A DNA stretch of 64,000 nt from an uncultured delta proteobacterium (GCA_963765675.1 CAVXXK010000001.1:288001-352000); one strand, 5' to 3'; counted from the first letter of the stretch, positions 20,883 to 30,874 are shown. Notes: generated by a model not told the origin, from the letters alone. Program-made: numbers and translations.

Positions 20883-23132
20883 ATGCGAATGCTTGAGACT
20901 CTACGTCAACACTGGATCGCCGGCCTTTTAACCGTCATAGCTCTCTCAATCTCGCTTCCCGTATCGATAGCATGTGCCGAGGACCAAATGGTTCCGATCG
21001 CCGGCAACCATTCCCCCACGGTTGACAAGCTGATCGCGCCCAAGCCGGCGCCCGGCAATACGATCCTTACGATGGGCATCAATTTGAATCCGACCAATCG
21101 TGCGGAACTCGACCGCCTGATCGCGGCCCAGCAGGACCCAACATCGCCCGACTATCATCGATGGCTCAAGACCGGTGAATTCGATAGCCGCTTCGGTCCT
21201 GATCCGGCCGTGCGCGCCGCGATCACACAGTGGCTCGAGCAAAAGGGATTCAAGCTCGCCGCTCCGGCCAGCGACCATCGCGTGATCAGGTTTCAAGGCA
21301 CTATCAGCCAGGCGCAGGATGCGTTCGGAGTGGCGATCTATTCGTCTGACGAGGGCAGGCATTACGGCAACCTGGGCGATCCGTCGATCCCGTCGCAATT
21401 CGCCGACGCGATCGGATTTATCGACGGACTCGACAACTTGCGCGGCTCCAACACTCCTCTTCACACGTCGCCGGGTTCTCCAGCCGCGCTAGCGCAAGCG
21501 AGTCCATTCGCTTCGCCAAAGGGATCCAGCGTGGGGCAGCCACAGGTGACGCGCGGTGATCTGACCGGATTCGCGCCGTCTGATCTCTATACGTTCTATG
21601 ACGAGACGCCGCTATTGAATAAGAACATCAACGGCACCGGCACAGGATGTATCGGAGTGATCGAGATTTCGGATTATTCCCCAACCGGCATGACTAACTT
21701 CGATAACGCGTTCAGCCTTCCTGCCGCCAACATCACCGACATAGTCGCTTCCGACAGCACCAACCCGGGACTGACGGACAGCCGCGCCGGCGAGACGATG
21801 CTGGATATCGAGTACTCGCACGCGATGGCGCCCGATGCTCCTATACACGTCTATATTTCGAATCCCGCCACATTCGGTGGCGACGTAATCGAAGGCACCG
21901 TCGATGCGCTCAACACCGCGGTCAACGATAACTCCTGCAGCGCCTTGAGCATCAGTATCGAGTCGTGCGGGTTTCCACCGACATACTACACCGGGGCGCT
22001 TCATACGACCTACATGCAAGCCGCTACCCAGGGACAAACGGTAATTATCGCGGAAGGGGATCAGGGTGCCGCGGAATATGACGTCGATACAGACACCAAC
22101 ACTTGCGTAGTCGGGACTACCCAGAACGTCAATGAACTTGCCTCGGATCCTTTGGTGACAGCGATCGGAGGGACCCAGTTCACGCCTAAGTACAAAAACG
22201 GCAATGATGTCGGCTTTGTTCCCGAATCGGTCTGGAATGAAGGTACTACCGATGGTGGCGACATTGGCTCCGGTGGTGGCGGCAAAAGCGTGGTGTTTGA
22301 CAAGCCCGATTTTCAGAATACCGGCACACCGGACGACGGCGCACGCGACGTTCCCGACATCTCGATGGAAGCGGCGTGCCATACTCCCGGGGTTTTCTCC
22401 GTATTTCCCACCCAGAGCAGCGGCACCGCCGTCTCTTGCTGCGCCTGCGGAACCAGCCTCGGCGCTCCCATATGGGCGGGAATCACCGAGCTGTTGGTGC
22501 AAAGCAACAGCGACACGCGGGTTGGTACTCTCAACACGCAGCTCTACAAGCTTGGAAATGAGCACAACACGGCGGCGACCGGAATCCGCGATGTCACCTC
22601 GGGCAACAACGATTTCAATGGCGTGACCGGATACAGCGCGGTGACCGGATTCGACCTTGCATCCGGATGGGGAACTCCCGACATCGCTACCTTCGTGCCG
22701 GCGTATCTCGGACAACCGGTGCCGACCCCGACGCCGAGCGGCACTCCCACCCGGACTGCAACTCCGACGGCCACGCCCACACCGGGAATGGCAAAGCTGA
22801 CCGTTACCGCCGCGATCAACTTCGGCAAAACCACGATCGTCGGTGCGACCAGCAAGCCCAAAGACGCGACGGTTAAAAACGCGAGCCCGAAAAAGGGCGG
22901 CGCGAGCGCCACGATCGGATCCGCGACCAGCAACAATTCGGTATTCGTGGTTACCGAGCAGTGCTCGCCCGCGACTCTCGCGCCGGGTAAGAGCTGCAAA
23001 ATAGCAGTAACGTTCAAGCCGACCGGCACCACGGCCGAAACCGGCGAGCTGACCATCACCGATAACGCGGCCGGTTCGCCACAGCACGTAGCTCTATCGG
23101 GGACCGGCAAAGCCCCGAAGGTGAAGAAGTGA
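20883..23132 (+). CDS. Secreted S53 (sedolisin) protease with prodomain, Pro/Thr linker and Ig-like (ASH-type) C-terminal domain
   Basis: Signal peptide; DPTSPDYHRWL prodomain; ETMLD (Glu/Asp), GDQG, RDVPD, GTS, GFDLASGWGTP; (PT)n linker. Confidence 0.9.
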   Translation: MRMLETLRQHWIAGLLTVIALSISLPVSIACAEDQMVPIAGNHSPTVDKLIAPKPAPGNTILTMGINLNPTNRAELDRLIAAQQDPTSPDYHRWLKTGEFDSRFGPDPAVRAAITQWLEQKGFKLAAPASDHRVIRFQGTISQAQDAFGVAIYSSDEGRHYGNLGDPSIPSQFADAIGFIDGLDNLRGSNTPLHTSPGSPAALAQASPFASPKGSSVGQPQVTRGDLTGFAPSDLYTFYDETPLLNKNINGTGTGCIGVIEISDYSPTGMTNFDNAFSLPAANITDIVASDSTNPGLTDSRAGETMLDIEYSHAMAPDAPIHVYISNPATFGGDVIEGTVDALNTAVNDNSCSALSISIESCGFPPTYYTGALHTTYMQAATQGQTVIIAEGDQGAAEYDVDTDTNTCVVGTTQNVNELASDPLVTAIGGTQFTPKYKNGNDVGFVPESVWNEGTTDGGDIGSGGGGKSVVFDKPDFQNTGTPDDGARDVPDISMEAACHTPGVFSVFPTQSSGTAVSCCACGTSLGAPIWAGITELLVQSNSDTRVGTLNTQLYKLGNEHNTAATGIRDVTSGNNDFNGVTGYSAVTGFDLASGWGTPDIATFVPAYLGQPVPTPTPSGTPTRTATPTATPTPGMAKLTVTAAINFGKTTIVGATSKPKDATVKNASPKKGGASATIGSATSNNSVFVVTEQCSPATLAPGKSCKIAVTFKPTGTTAETGELTITDNAAGSPQHVALSGTGKAPKVKK

Positions 23133-23153
23133 TCTGAGGGCGCGATCCAGACG

Positions 23154-23232
23154 GCGGGTTAAACCCGCCCTGCTGAATTCTGCCGAGACCGCCGCGCGGC
23201 GCGATGCTTGCGTTTTCTAGCAAGCATCGTGA
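23154..23232. repeat. REP-like palindromes
   Basis: GGCGGGTTAAACCCGCC hairpin; 23194-23232 nearly identical to 51367-51406. Confidence 0.65.
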
Positions 23233-23348
23233 GCCGCCGCGCGACGAGAGTGTCTGATCCGGCGCCATTTCAGGGCGAGGGATCAGAGCGCGGGACCGCT
23301 TCGAGCGGTTGACAAGTATCCGTGCGCCACACAAAGTTCGATTCCATC

Positions 23349-24371
23349 ATGCGAGTTGCACGTCTTTACGATTTCGGCGATATCCGGGTCGAGGAAGCGG
23401 CGCGGCCCGAGCCCGGTCCCGAGGAGATCGTGGTGCGCGCCACCGCCTGCGGCATCTGCTCGGGCGATATCATGCCCTGGTACATCAGGCGCAAGGCGCC
23501 ACTGGTCCTCGGACACGAGCCGGTCGGCGTCGTCGAGGCGGCGGGTGCGTCGGTGCGCGGTTTCAAACCCGGCGACCGCGTCTTCGCGCATCATCATGCG
23601 CCCTGCTTCCAATGCGCCGCATGCCGGCGCGGCGAGTACGTGCAATGCGCGACCTGGCGCGCATCGAATCTGCGTCCGGGCGGGATGGCGGAATATTTCC
23701 TGGTCGAGGCGCCCAATCTGCGCGACACACTCAAGCTTCCCGACCAGATCGACGACGCGAACGGCGTGCTGATCGAGCCCGCTGCATGTGTGGTGAAATC
23801 GCTTGGGCGCTCGGGGCTGAAACGCGGCGAATCGATCCTGATAATCGGGCTCGGGATCATGGGCATGATGCACGTGAAGATCGCGCGCGACCTCGGTGCG
23901 GGATTTATCATCGGCGCCGACCTGTTCGAGCGCCGCGCCGCGCGTGCGCGCGAGCTCGGCGCTGACGCCGCGATCGTGGTCGTGGGCGACAACCTGGCCG
24001 AGCAGGTGCGCGAGGTAACCAACGGCGCGATGGCTGACGTGGTGATCGTCGGACCCGGCACCAGCAGGGCGATCGCGACCGGAATCGCGTGCGCGGGCAA
24101 GGGCGCGACCGTGGTGCAGTTCACCGCGACCCCGCCGGAAGACGAGCTGCTGGTGCGCCCGCACGATTTGTATTTTAACGAGACCCGGCTGGTGCCGAGT
24201 TACTCCTGCGGGCCGGATGAAACCCGCGCGGCGCTAAAGCTGGTCGAGCGCGGGGTTATCAACGCCGCAGAACTGGTGACGCATCGGTTCGCGCTCGCAC
24301 AAATCACGCAGGCATTCGCCGCCGCGCAGAAGCCCGAGTCGCTCAAGGTGATTGTAACCTTCGACGAATAG
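23349..24371 (+). CDS. Zn-dependent dehydrogenase (L-iditol dehydrogenase-like MDR)
   Basis: GICSGD, GHEPVG, CFQCAAC, IEPAAC, GLGIMG. Confidence 0.88.
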   Translation: MRVARLYDFGDIRVEEAARPEPGPEEIVVRATACGICSGDIMPWYIRRKAPLVLGHEPVGVVEAAGASVRGFKPGDRVFAHHHAPCFQCAACRRGEYVQCATWRASNLRPGGMAEYFLVEAPNLRDTLKLPDQIDDANGVLIEPAACVVKSLGRSGLKRGESILIIGLGIMGMMHVKIARDLGAGFIIGADLFERRAARARELGADAAIVVVGDNLAEQVREVTNGAMADVVIVGPGTSRAIATGIACAGKGATVVQFTATPPEDELLVRPHDLYFNETRLVPSYSCGPDETRAALKLVERGVINAAELVTHRFALAQITQAFAAAQKPESLKVIVTFDE

Positions 24372-24386
24372 GTTTCGCGGGAATAG

Positions 24387-24418
24387 AAAAAGGGCGGATG
24401 CTTTCGCATCCGCCCTTT
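24387..24418. terminator. Terminator between convergent genes
   Basis: AAAGGGCGGATGC-TTTC-GCATCCGCCCTTT perfect stem with A/T flanks. Confidence 0.8.
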
Positions 24419-24441
24419 GCTTCAAACCGTTTTAAACTAAA

Positions 24442-24876
24442 TTACGGAGTGGCTGGCGAAGCGCCTGCGTCTGGAGCTGCCGGAGGAGCTGCTGCGCCTG
24501 CGTCCGCACCGCCTGCTGCCGCACCCGAGTCGGACGCTGCGGCCGCGTGGTGGTGATGATGATAATGGCGCACTACATGATGCGGTGCCGAGGACATCGT
24601 CTTTGCCGCGATTGCCTCTGCGCGATCCGCAGCCGCCTTGGCATCGCTGGCCGCCTGCTCGACGCGGCTTGCAGCAGCCTGGGCCGAAGCCGACGCCTGC
24701 TGAGCCTTCTGGCTCGCCGCTTCTGCGCGTGACGCGGCCTGGTCAGCGCGGTTCGCCGCGTTGACTGCGCGCTGCGCCGGATCCGGCTGGTTCGAGCAGC
24801 CCGCCACCAACGCAAGGGCCAATGCAGCCCCGGCCAGAGCAACCAGTTTCGAAGATTTTCTCATTAACCCTTCCAT
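24442..24876 (-). CDS. Alanine-zipper (Lpp/OprI-like) lipoprotein with a His-rich and Ala/Pro tail
   Basis: AGGAGG RBS; lipobox VAGC; Ala-rich heptads; HHVVRHYHHHHH. Confidence 0.75.
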   Translation of the reverse strand: MEGLMRKSSKLVALAGAALALALVAGCSNQPDPAQRAVNAANRADQAASRAEAASQKAQQASASAQAAASRVEQAASDAKAAADRAEAIAAKTMSSAPHHVVRHYHHHHHAAAASDSGAAAGGADAGAAAPPAAPDAGASPATP

Positions 24877-25107
24877 TTTTTCCTCCTGGGAAATTGCGCG
24901 GCGTCCCGAAGTCCACAGGATCAGACAACCGCCGTACGACCTTTGATTTCTCTCACCCAACCGGAGCTTCTGGGTAACTTTACACTAAGGACTGCCGCCA
25001 CTGCAACGACATTCCTTTGATAAGTGCCCTAAAGAACCCCACATTTCCTCGCAGATTTATTATTAACGATCGCCGTTCGGCGGTAAACCCCCAATTATGG
25101 TTTGCGT

Positions 25108-26829
25108 CTAGAAGTCATCGCCGCCGCCGAAATCGTCCATTCCGCCCATTCCACCCATACCTCCCATACCTCCCATTCCACCCATGCCTCCCATTCCACC
25201 CATCCCGCCCATGCCTCCCATTGCGCCGGGCATCGCGGCAGCGCGCGCCGGTTTCGCGGGGGCGTCGGCGATTGCCACTTCGGTCGTCAGCATCAGCGAG
25301 GCGGCGCTCACCGCGTTCTCGAGCGCGCTGCGGACCACTTTGGCCGGATCGATAACGCCGCTCGCAACCAGGTTCTCATACTCCTCGGTGCGCGCGTTGA
25401 ATCCGAAGTCGCCTTTGCCTTCCTTGACCTTGTTGAGCACGACGCTGGGCTCGTGACCGGCGTTGCGCGCGATCTGGCGGAGAGGATCGCTCATCGCGGC
25501 TGCGACCAACTTCGCGCCCTGCTTGCGCTCCTCGGGCAGACGCAATGATTCGACCGCGCTGATCGCGCGTACCAGCGCGACACCGCCGCCGGCGACTATT
25601 CCTTCTTCGACGGCGGCGCGCAACGCATGCACTGCATCATCGACGCGCGCCTTGCGCTCCTTGAGCTCGACCTCGGTCGCGGCGCCGACCTTGATCACGG
25701 CGACGCCACCGGAGAGCTTCGCCAATCGCTCTTGGAGTTTTTCCTTGTCGTAGTCCGAGGTCGTGTCCTCGATCTGGCGGCGAATCTGCGCGACGCGCGC
25801 GTCGATGTCGGACTTCTTGCCAGTGCCGCTGATGATCGTCGTGTTGTCCTTGTCGATTATCACGCGGCGGCATCGCCCCAGGAGCTTCGAGTCCACATTC
25901 TCGATCTTCATGCCCAGCTCTTCGGCGATAACCGTGCCGCCGGTCAGAATCGCGATATCCTCGAGCATCTCTTTGCGTCGATCGCCGAAGCCGGGCGCCT
26001 TGACCGCCGCGACTTTGAGCGTGCCGCGCAGCTTGTTCACCACCAGCGTCGCAAGCGCTTCGCTCTCGACATCCTCGGCGATGATCAGCAGCGGACGTCC
26101 GCCCTGCACGATACTTTCGAGCAGCGGCAGCATCTCGCGCAGGTTCGAGAGCTTCTTGTCATGCAGCAGGATAAGCGGCTCTTCGATCTCGCAGGTCTGT
26201 CGCTCCGGATTGGTGATGAAATAAGGCGACAGGTATCCGCGGTCGAAACGCATTCCTTCGGAATGTTCAAGGACGGTCTCGAGCCCGCGCGATTCTTCCA
26301 CGGTGATGACGCCTTCCTTGCCGACTTTGTCCATCGCATCGGCAACGATCTTGCCGAGCTCTTCGTCGCCGTTGGCGGAAACCACCGCGACCTGCTGCAT
26401 CGTCGCGTGATCCTTGACCGGCCGCGCGCTGGCCGCAATCGCCTCGACCGCTTTGGCCGCGGCCGCTTCCATCCCGCGCTTCAGATCGATCGGCGCAAAG
26501 CCCGCCGCAAGCAGCGCGACGCCTTCGCGCACCATTGCTCGCGCGAGGACGGTGGCGGTCGTGGTGCCGTCGCCGGCCACGTCGGAAGTTTTCTGCGCGA
26601 CTTCGCGGATCAGCTTCGCGCCCATGTTCTCGAAATGATCTTCGAGTTCGATTTCCTTGACCACCGTGACGCCGTCCTTGGTGACAACCGGCGCGCCGAA
26701 GCTGCGCTGGATCATCACATTGCGGCCTTTGGGTCCAAGGGTGACGCGCGCGGCGTCGGCGACAATATTTGCGCCGGCGACGATTCCGGCGCGGGCGCGT
26801 TCGTGCAGCTCAACCGTTTTGGCTGGCAT
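25108..26829 (-). CDS. groL: Chaperonin GroEL (no adjacent groES)
   Basis: [47 protein letters not shown]; GGM tail. Confidence 0.97.
   Translation of the reverse strand: MPAKTVELHERARAGIVAGANIVADAARVTLGPKGRNVMIQRSFGAPVVTKDGVTVVKEIELEDHFENMGAKLIREVAQKTSDVAGDGTTTATVLARAMVREGVALLAAGFAPIDLKRGMEAAAAKAVEAIAASARPVKDHATMQQVAVVSANGDEELGKIVADAMDKVGKEGVITVEESRGLETVLEHSEGMRFDRGYLSPYFITNPERQTCEIEEPLILLHDKKLSNLREMLPLLESIVQGGRPLLIIAEDVESEALATLVVNKLRGTLKVAAVKAPGFGDRRKEMLEDIAILTGGTVIAEELGMKIENVDSKLLGRCRRVIIDKDNTTIISGTGKKSDIDARVAQIRRQIEDTTSDYDKEKLQERLAKLSGGVAVIKVGAATEVELKERKARVDDAVHALRAAVEEGIVAGGGVALVRAISAVESLRLPEERKQGAKLVAAAMSDPLRQIARNAGHEPSVVLNKVKEGKGDFGFNARTEEYENLVASGVIDPAKVVRSALENAVSAASLMLTTEVAIADAPAKPARAAAMPGAMGGMGGMGGMGGMGGMGGMGGMGGMGGMDDFGGGDDF
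25138..25218 (-). repeat. Coding 9-bp tandem repeat, about 9 GGM units
   Basis: Units of the form GGNGGNATG with synonymous variation. Confidence 0.85.
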
Positions 26830-27015
26830 CGGATTTATTCTCCATCGAATAATGCATCATGTAGCAAGTTTGAACGCGGACCCGATTTGTCCCTATGCAG
26901 CGGGTACGCGGCCATCACAAAATTAAGCAGCCTCCGGCGCATTGCAAGGGTAGTTCTGCGTGTATGTTCCCTTTATGTGCTCCGCCGGGCATGCAAGGAT
27001 GACTGTTGGAGGGTC

Positions 27016-27417
27016 ATGGTGTTGGCAAAAGTATCAGCAAGACGTCTGAAATTTCCTCGCCGCAGCGCGATGCTCGCAATCTGTTTATGCGGCGGTCTGG
27101 GCGCCGCGGCGATGGTCTCGGCGCATGCCGCGTCCGCAGCCCAGTTCACTCCGCAACTCCATCTCCGCCTGGCGCAGGACGATTCCTCATCCGCAGATCA
27201 GTCCGAAGTTCCGCCCGAGCAGGTTGAGAAATACATCGCGATCTATAAAGCGACGCAAGCCAATCACAGCCTGACGGTCGAGCAGGCCGCCACCCAGCAG
27301 GGGCTAACGGTTTCGCAGTTCCGCACGCTCGAAGGCAAGATCGAGCGCGACGACGCGTTGCGCGCGCGAGTTCGCAAGGCGCTCAGAAACAGCACCAGCA
27401 AGACTACCGAGCCTTGA
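27016..27417 (+). CDS. Secreted hypothetical protein (DUF4168-like)
   Basis: GGAGGG RBS; signal peptide; GLTVSQF..IERDDALRARV. Confidence 0.65.
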   Translation: MVLAKVSARRLKFPRRSAMLAICLCGGLGAAAMVSAHAASAAQFTPQLHLRLAQDDSSSADQSEVPPEQVEKYIAIYKATQANHSLTVEQAATQQGLTVSQFRTLEGKIERDDALRARVRKALRNSTSKTTEP

Positions 27418-27529
27418 TCCCCGGATCGCCGCCGGCGCGCGCGGCGTCGGATCGATCAGAGTGAAGTCGCGCAAAGTGAAGTGGCGGAAGGACTATCCTT
27501 CCGCCACTTCGCACTCAAACGATCTAAAA

Positions 27530-27811
27530 CTACTTGGTGACCGAGGTCGAGAAAGCCGCTTCGAGCCGCGACACCGCGTCATTGGCCCGGCGCACCGAAT
27601 CCTCGGCGCCGCTGGCCGCGTCCTCAGCCTTCTTGGCGGCGGCGTCGGCCTGAGCCGCCGAAGCCTCAGCCGAGTTGGCCGCTGCTTCTGATTGGGTCGC
27701 GTCCGCTTCAGCCTTGTCACTGGCCGCGTTGATGGTCTTCATGTCCGGTCCGCAAGCGCTCAAGAACGCCACGGCTGCCAGAACTCCGAGCACAGTTGCC
27801 AACCTTTTCAT
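27530..27811 (-). CDS. Lpp/OprI-like alanine-zipper outer membrane lipoprotein
   Basis: AGGAGG RBS; lipobox LSAC; Ala heptads; ends RLEAAFSTSVTK with a C-terminal Lys. Confidence 0.8.
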   Translation of the reverse strand: MKRLATVLGVLAAVAFLSACGPDMKTINAASDKAEADATQSEAAANSAEASAAQADAAAKKAEDAASGAEDSVRRANDAVSRLEAAFSTSVTK

Positions 27812-28121
27812 TCAGAAATCCTCCTACCAGTTCCAGTCCAACCGCCAGTCCCGGTTTTATTCCGCTGTCGAACGCGTTGGAAAAATCCTAGGGTCCATCA
27901 AACACACCCTGAAATAGTTACAAATCGTTTTGACCAACGCAAGACTGAAAGATCCCTGGGGGACAAATGCCGCCGGATTAGCCAACCTGTTTCAACAGCG
28001 GTTGACAGACAAAACCTGCTACAGTTATCGTTCGATTGGTGAGCCTTAATGGCTTCGAGACTTCGGTAAACCTTCACAGTGATTTCATCGAAATTGAGAG
28101 ATTGAGGTTGGGGTCCAGCGG

Positions 28122-29573
28122 ATGTCAACGACTATCACCAGCGAATGCATCAATTGCGGCGCCTGCGAGCCCGAATGCCCTAATACCGCGATCTACGCGG
28201 GCGGAGTCGAATGGGAGCTCAACGGTGCGGTAAGCCCCGCGATCGCGCAGGATATTTTCTATATTGTGCCGTCCAAATGCACCGAATGCGTGGGCTTTCA
28301 CGATCATGAAGCCTGCGCCGCCGTATGCCCCGTAGATTGCTGCGTGCCTGACCCGGCCAATCCTGAGACTGAGGCTGTGTTGCTGGCCCGCGCACGCGAG
28401 CTTCATCCTGAAGAGACTTTTCCCGACGACGCGCCTTCGCGCTTTCGCAAAGAAGGCGGCGGCGCGGCGGCGCCCGCAGCGGCACCTGCCGCGGCGTCAA
28501 CGGACGGTGCGGGCGCATCGGCAAATGGCGCGGCGGCGGCACCTAAGCCTGCGGCAGCGCCGGCACCTGCCAAAGCGGCCCCGGCGCCTGCGGCCGCGAT
28601 GGCGCCCGCAATTGCAGCGCCGATTGCGATGGTGAATCTGCCGAAGGATATCGGCGCGCTGCCCGGTCCGCTCGGCGAGAAGCACTTCTCCGGCGAACTC
28701 GAAGAAGATTTCGACACCGTCTTGGGATGGGTCGATACCGCGCCGGTCCTTCGCGCTCCGCTTCCGGTACGAATCGCACTCAGGCTCGGCGAGCCGATCC
28801 TCGGCGCGATGCCCGACGGCGTCAAGGCGTCGCTCGAAGAGGCGGTCGGAACGACGGCGGCCTTCTCGCGCGCACGCTCGACCGCGCTCAACATGATCTT
28901 CAACCTGATTCTTTATCCCGCAATCTTCATTGCGATCTCGGTCCTCCTGATCGGCGACCCGCTGTTTTCGCTCCACACCCGGGGATGGATTCTGCTCGGC
29001 GTCCTGATCGCGGCGGCCGAAGCCGCTTGGCGCCTGCGCGAGGGCGTCGTGCATGCAAAGCCCGCGTCGGAACTGACCTATCGCGGATGCTGGTACGGTC
29101 TGGCGCTCGCTCCCATCGGCAGCCTGCTCACTCGAGGCGGCAAACGCAAAACCGAGCGCAAAGTCGCCTTCGACGGCTTCGAAACCGATATCCACGACGA
29201 CAAGACCGAACGCGACCGCCGCTACGGCACGGTTTATACCGTGCGCGAGTTTGCGAACGCATACATCGTGCGGCTCGAGATGCCCCGCAAGATGCCGGCG
29301 TCGTCGCTCAAGCGGATTTGGAACCTGCCCGACGAGATGCCCGACTACGATTACAACATGGTTCTCGGCGACAGCGTGCTGGCGATAAGCGCGAGCGTCC
29401 GCGGCGAGGCGATCCGCAAGCTGTCGTACGTGTCGTCGGCGTTTCCGGCGGATTTCCTGACCCGGATTGAGTTCGGCACGCCAGTCGCCACGTTCAAGCA
29501 TCGGATGCAGAACAAGATCCTCGACGTGATCGTGATGAAAGGCGAATCCGACCAACTTCGCAGCGCCGCTTAA
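28122..29573 (+). CDS. YfhL-type 2[4Fe-4S] ferredoxin fused to a membrane domain and an Hsp20-like domain
   Basis: CINCGACEPECP and CTECVG..CAAVCP; Ala/Pro linker; 2-3 hydrophobic helices; C-terminal beta-sandwich pattern. Confidence 0.8.
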   Translation: MSTTITSECINCGACEPECPNTAIYAGGVEWELNGAVSPAIAQDIFYIVPSKCTECVGFHDHEACAAVCPVDCCVPDPANPETEAVLLARARELHPEETFPDDAPSRFRKEGGGAAAPAAAPAAASTDGAGASANGAAAAPKPAAAPAPAKAAPAPAAAMAPAIAAPIAMVNLPKDIGALPGPLGEKHFSGELEEDFDTVLGWVDTAPVLRAPLPVRIALRLGEPILGAMPDGVKASLEEAVGTTAAFSRARSTALNMIFNLILYPAIFIAISVLLIGDPLFSLHTRGWILLGVLIAAAEAAWRLREGVVHAKPASELTYRGCWYGLALAPIGSLLTRGGKRKTERKVAFDGFETDIHDDKTERDRRYGTVYTVREFANAYIVRLEMPRKMPASSLKRIWNLPDEMPDYDYNMVLGDSVLAISASVRGEAIRKLSYVSSAFPADFLTRIEFGTPVATFKHRMQNKILDVIVMKGESDQLRSAA

Positions 29574-29645
29574 GCTCGCCACAAGCAGTTTCGGCTTTTC
29601 GGCGGCAGCCGCCGGAGCTATGCTTAGGCAGGCAGGTGGTTTGCG

Positions 29646-30101
29646 ATGACGCCCCAGATTCGCGACGCAACGCATCGCGATCTTCCAAGGATCGTCGAGA
29701 TCGAACGCGTCGCCTTCCCAACACCTTGGAGCCTGAATTCATTTGAGCGCGAACTTACGCTTCCGTTTTCGCGCCTGACCGTAGCGGCGTCAGGTGACAT
29801 TGAATCTGCGCCGATATCGGGCTTCTTGTGCCGATGGATCGTCGCCGACGAATGCCACGTGCTCAATATCGCCGTCCATCCTGACTCCCGGCGCGCGGGA
29901 ATTGGCGCCAAACTCTTGAACGTCGCGATCGCGGACGCGAGAACCAAAAAAGCATCGGTAGTTACGCTGGAAGTCCGCCGCTCCAACCTGCCTGCGCGAT
30001 GCCTATATCGGAAGTATGAATTTGAGGAACGGCGTTTGAGGAAGCACTATTACGGACCCGGCGAGGACGCGATCGTGATGGAACTGCGCCTCGGCCAATG
30101 A
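29646..30101 (+). CDS. rimI: Ribosomal protein S18 alanine N-acetyltransferase
   Basis: FPTPWS, HVLNIAVHP..RRAGIG, LEVRRSN, YY..GEDAIVM. Confidence 0.92.
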   Translation: MTPQIRDATHRDLPRIVEIERVAFPTPWSLNSFERELTLPFSRLTVAASGDIESAPISGFLCRWIVADECHVLNIAVHPDSRRAGIGAKLLNVAIADARTKKASVVTLEVRRSNLPARCLYRKYEFEERRLRKHYYGPGEDAIVMELRLGQ

Positions 30102-30169
30102 TTTTTGGCGTCCAAAATCTAACGATGTTCGATTTCATAGATGCCCGATTTCTATTGAAAACTACGGGG

Positions 30170-30198
30170 TTACAAATCGCGTTCAAATGTGGCATAAT
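30170..30198 (+). promoter_or_regulatory. Sigma70-like promoter of carD
   Basis: TTACAA-17 bp-CATAAT with an extended -10 TG. Confidence 0.5.
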
Positions 30199-30203
30199 GG
30201 CGT

Positions 30204-30800
30204 ATGCTGCCCAGGCGAAATCAGAAGGTGATGAACACGCCGTCGTCAACCGCGCTGAAATCCAAGTCCGCCGTTCGCGCGCCCGCGCGCAGCGCCAAGG
30301 CCGAAATGAGTTTGCCGTTCAAGAAAGGTGAGAAGGTAGTTTATCCCGCCCACGGCGTTGCCGTTATCGACGACATCCAGATGCGCGTGATTTCCGGCAC
30401 CGAGCGTAGATTTTACATGCTGCGGATTCTCGGAGCCGAGAAAATGACGATCATGATCCCGACCGAGAACGTCGAGCAGGTCGGGTTGCGCCGCGTAATC
30501 GGCAAGGACATGGTCGATAAGATTTATAGAATCCTGCGCCAGCGCAAAGTCGAGGTCGACACTCAGACCTGGAACCGGCGCTACCGGGAATACACCGAAA
30601 AAATCAAAACGGGGTCACCGCTCGAGATCGCCAAAGTTTTGCGTGACCTGTTGGTGCTCAAGAGCGATAAGGAATTGTCGTTCGGCGAGCGCAAGATGCT
30701 CGACACGGCGCGAAGTTTGCTCGTCAAAGAGCTGTCGATTGCCAAGGCTCATCCAGAAGAGCAGATCATGGAAGAGTTGCGAACGATCTTCGCCAACTGA
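30204..30800 (+). CDS. carD: CarD/CdnL family transcriptional regulator (start could be 30231)
   Basis: FKKGEKVVYPAHGV, QTWNRRYREY, LSFGERKML. Confidence 0.93.
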   Translation: MLPRRNQKVMNTPSSTALKSKSAVRAPARSAKAEMSLPFKKGEKVVYPAHGVAVIDDIQMRVISGTERRFYMLRILGAEKMTIMIPTENVEQVGLRRVIGKDMVDKIYRILRQRKVEVDTQTWNRRYREYTEKIKTGSPLEIAKVLRDLLVLKSDKELSFGERKMLDTARSLLVKELSIAKAHPEEQIMEELRTIFAN

Positions 30801-30824
30801 ACGGCAGGTGCCAATAAGATCTCG

Positions 30825-30858
30825 AAAAGGGCCGACATCGTTCGGCCCTTTTTCTTTT
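30825..30858 (+). terminator. Intrinsic terminator after carD
   Basis: AAAAGGGCCGA..TCGGCCCTTTT stem followed by TCTTTT. Confidence 0.8.
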
Positions 30859-30874
30859 GGACGCGCGCATCACC

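Noticed and set aside
25138-25218. Contingency or VNTR locus
   Set aside because: It is the ordinary GroEL GGM tail, with synonymous variation between units.
25627-27015. 596-aa + strand ORF
   Set aside because: Antisense shadow of groEL; only the last 133 codons (from 27016, with an RBS) look like a real gene.
26830-27015. CIRCE/HrcA operator upstream of groEL
   Set aside because: No TTAGCACTC-N9-GAGTGCTAA-like repeat is present.
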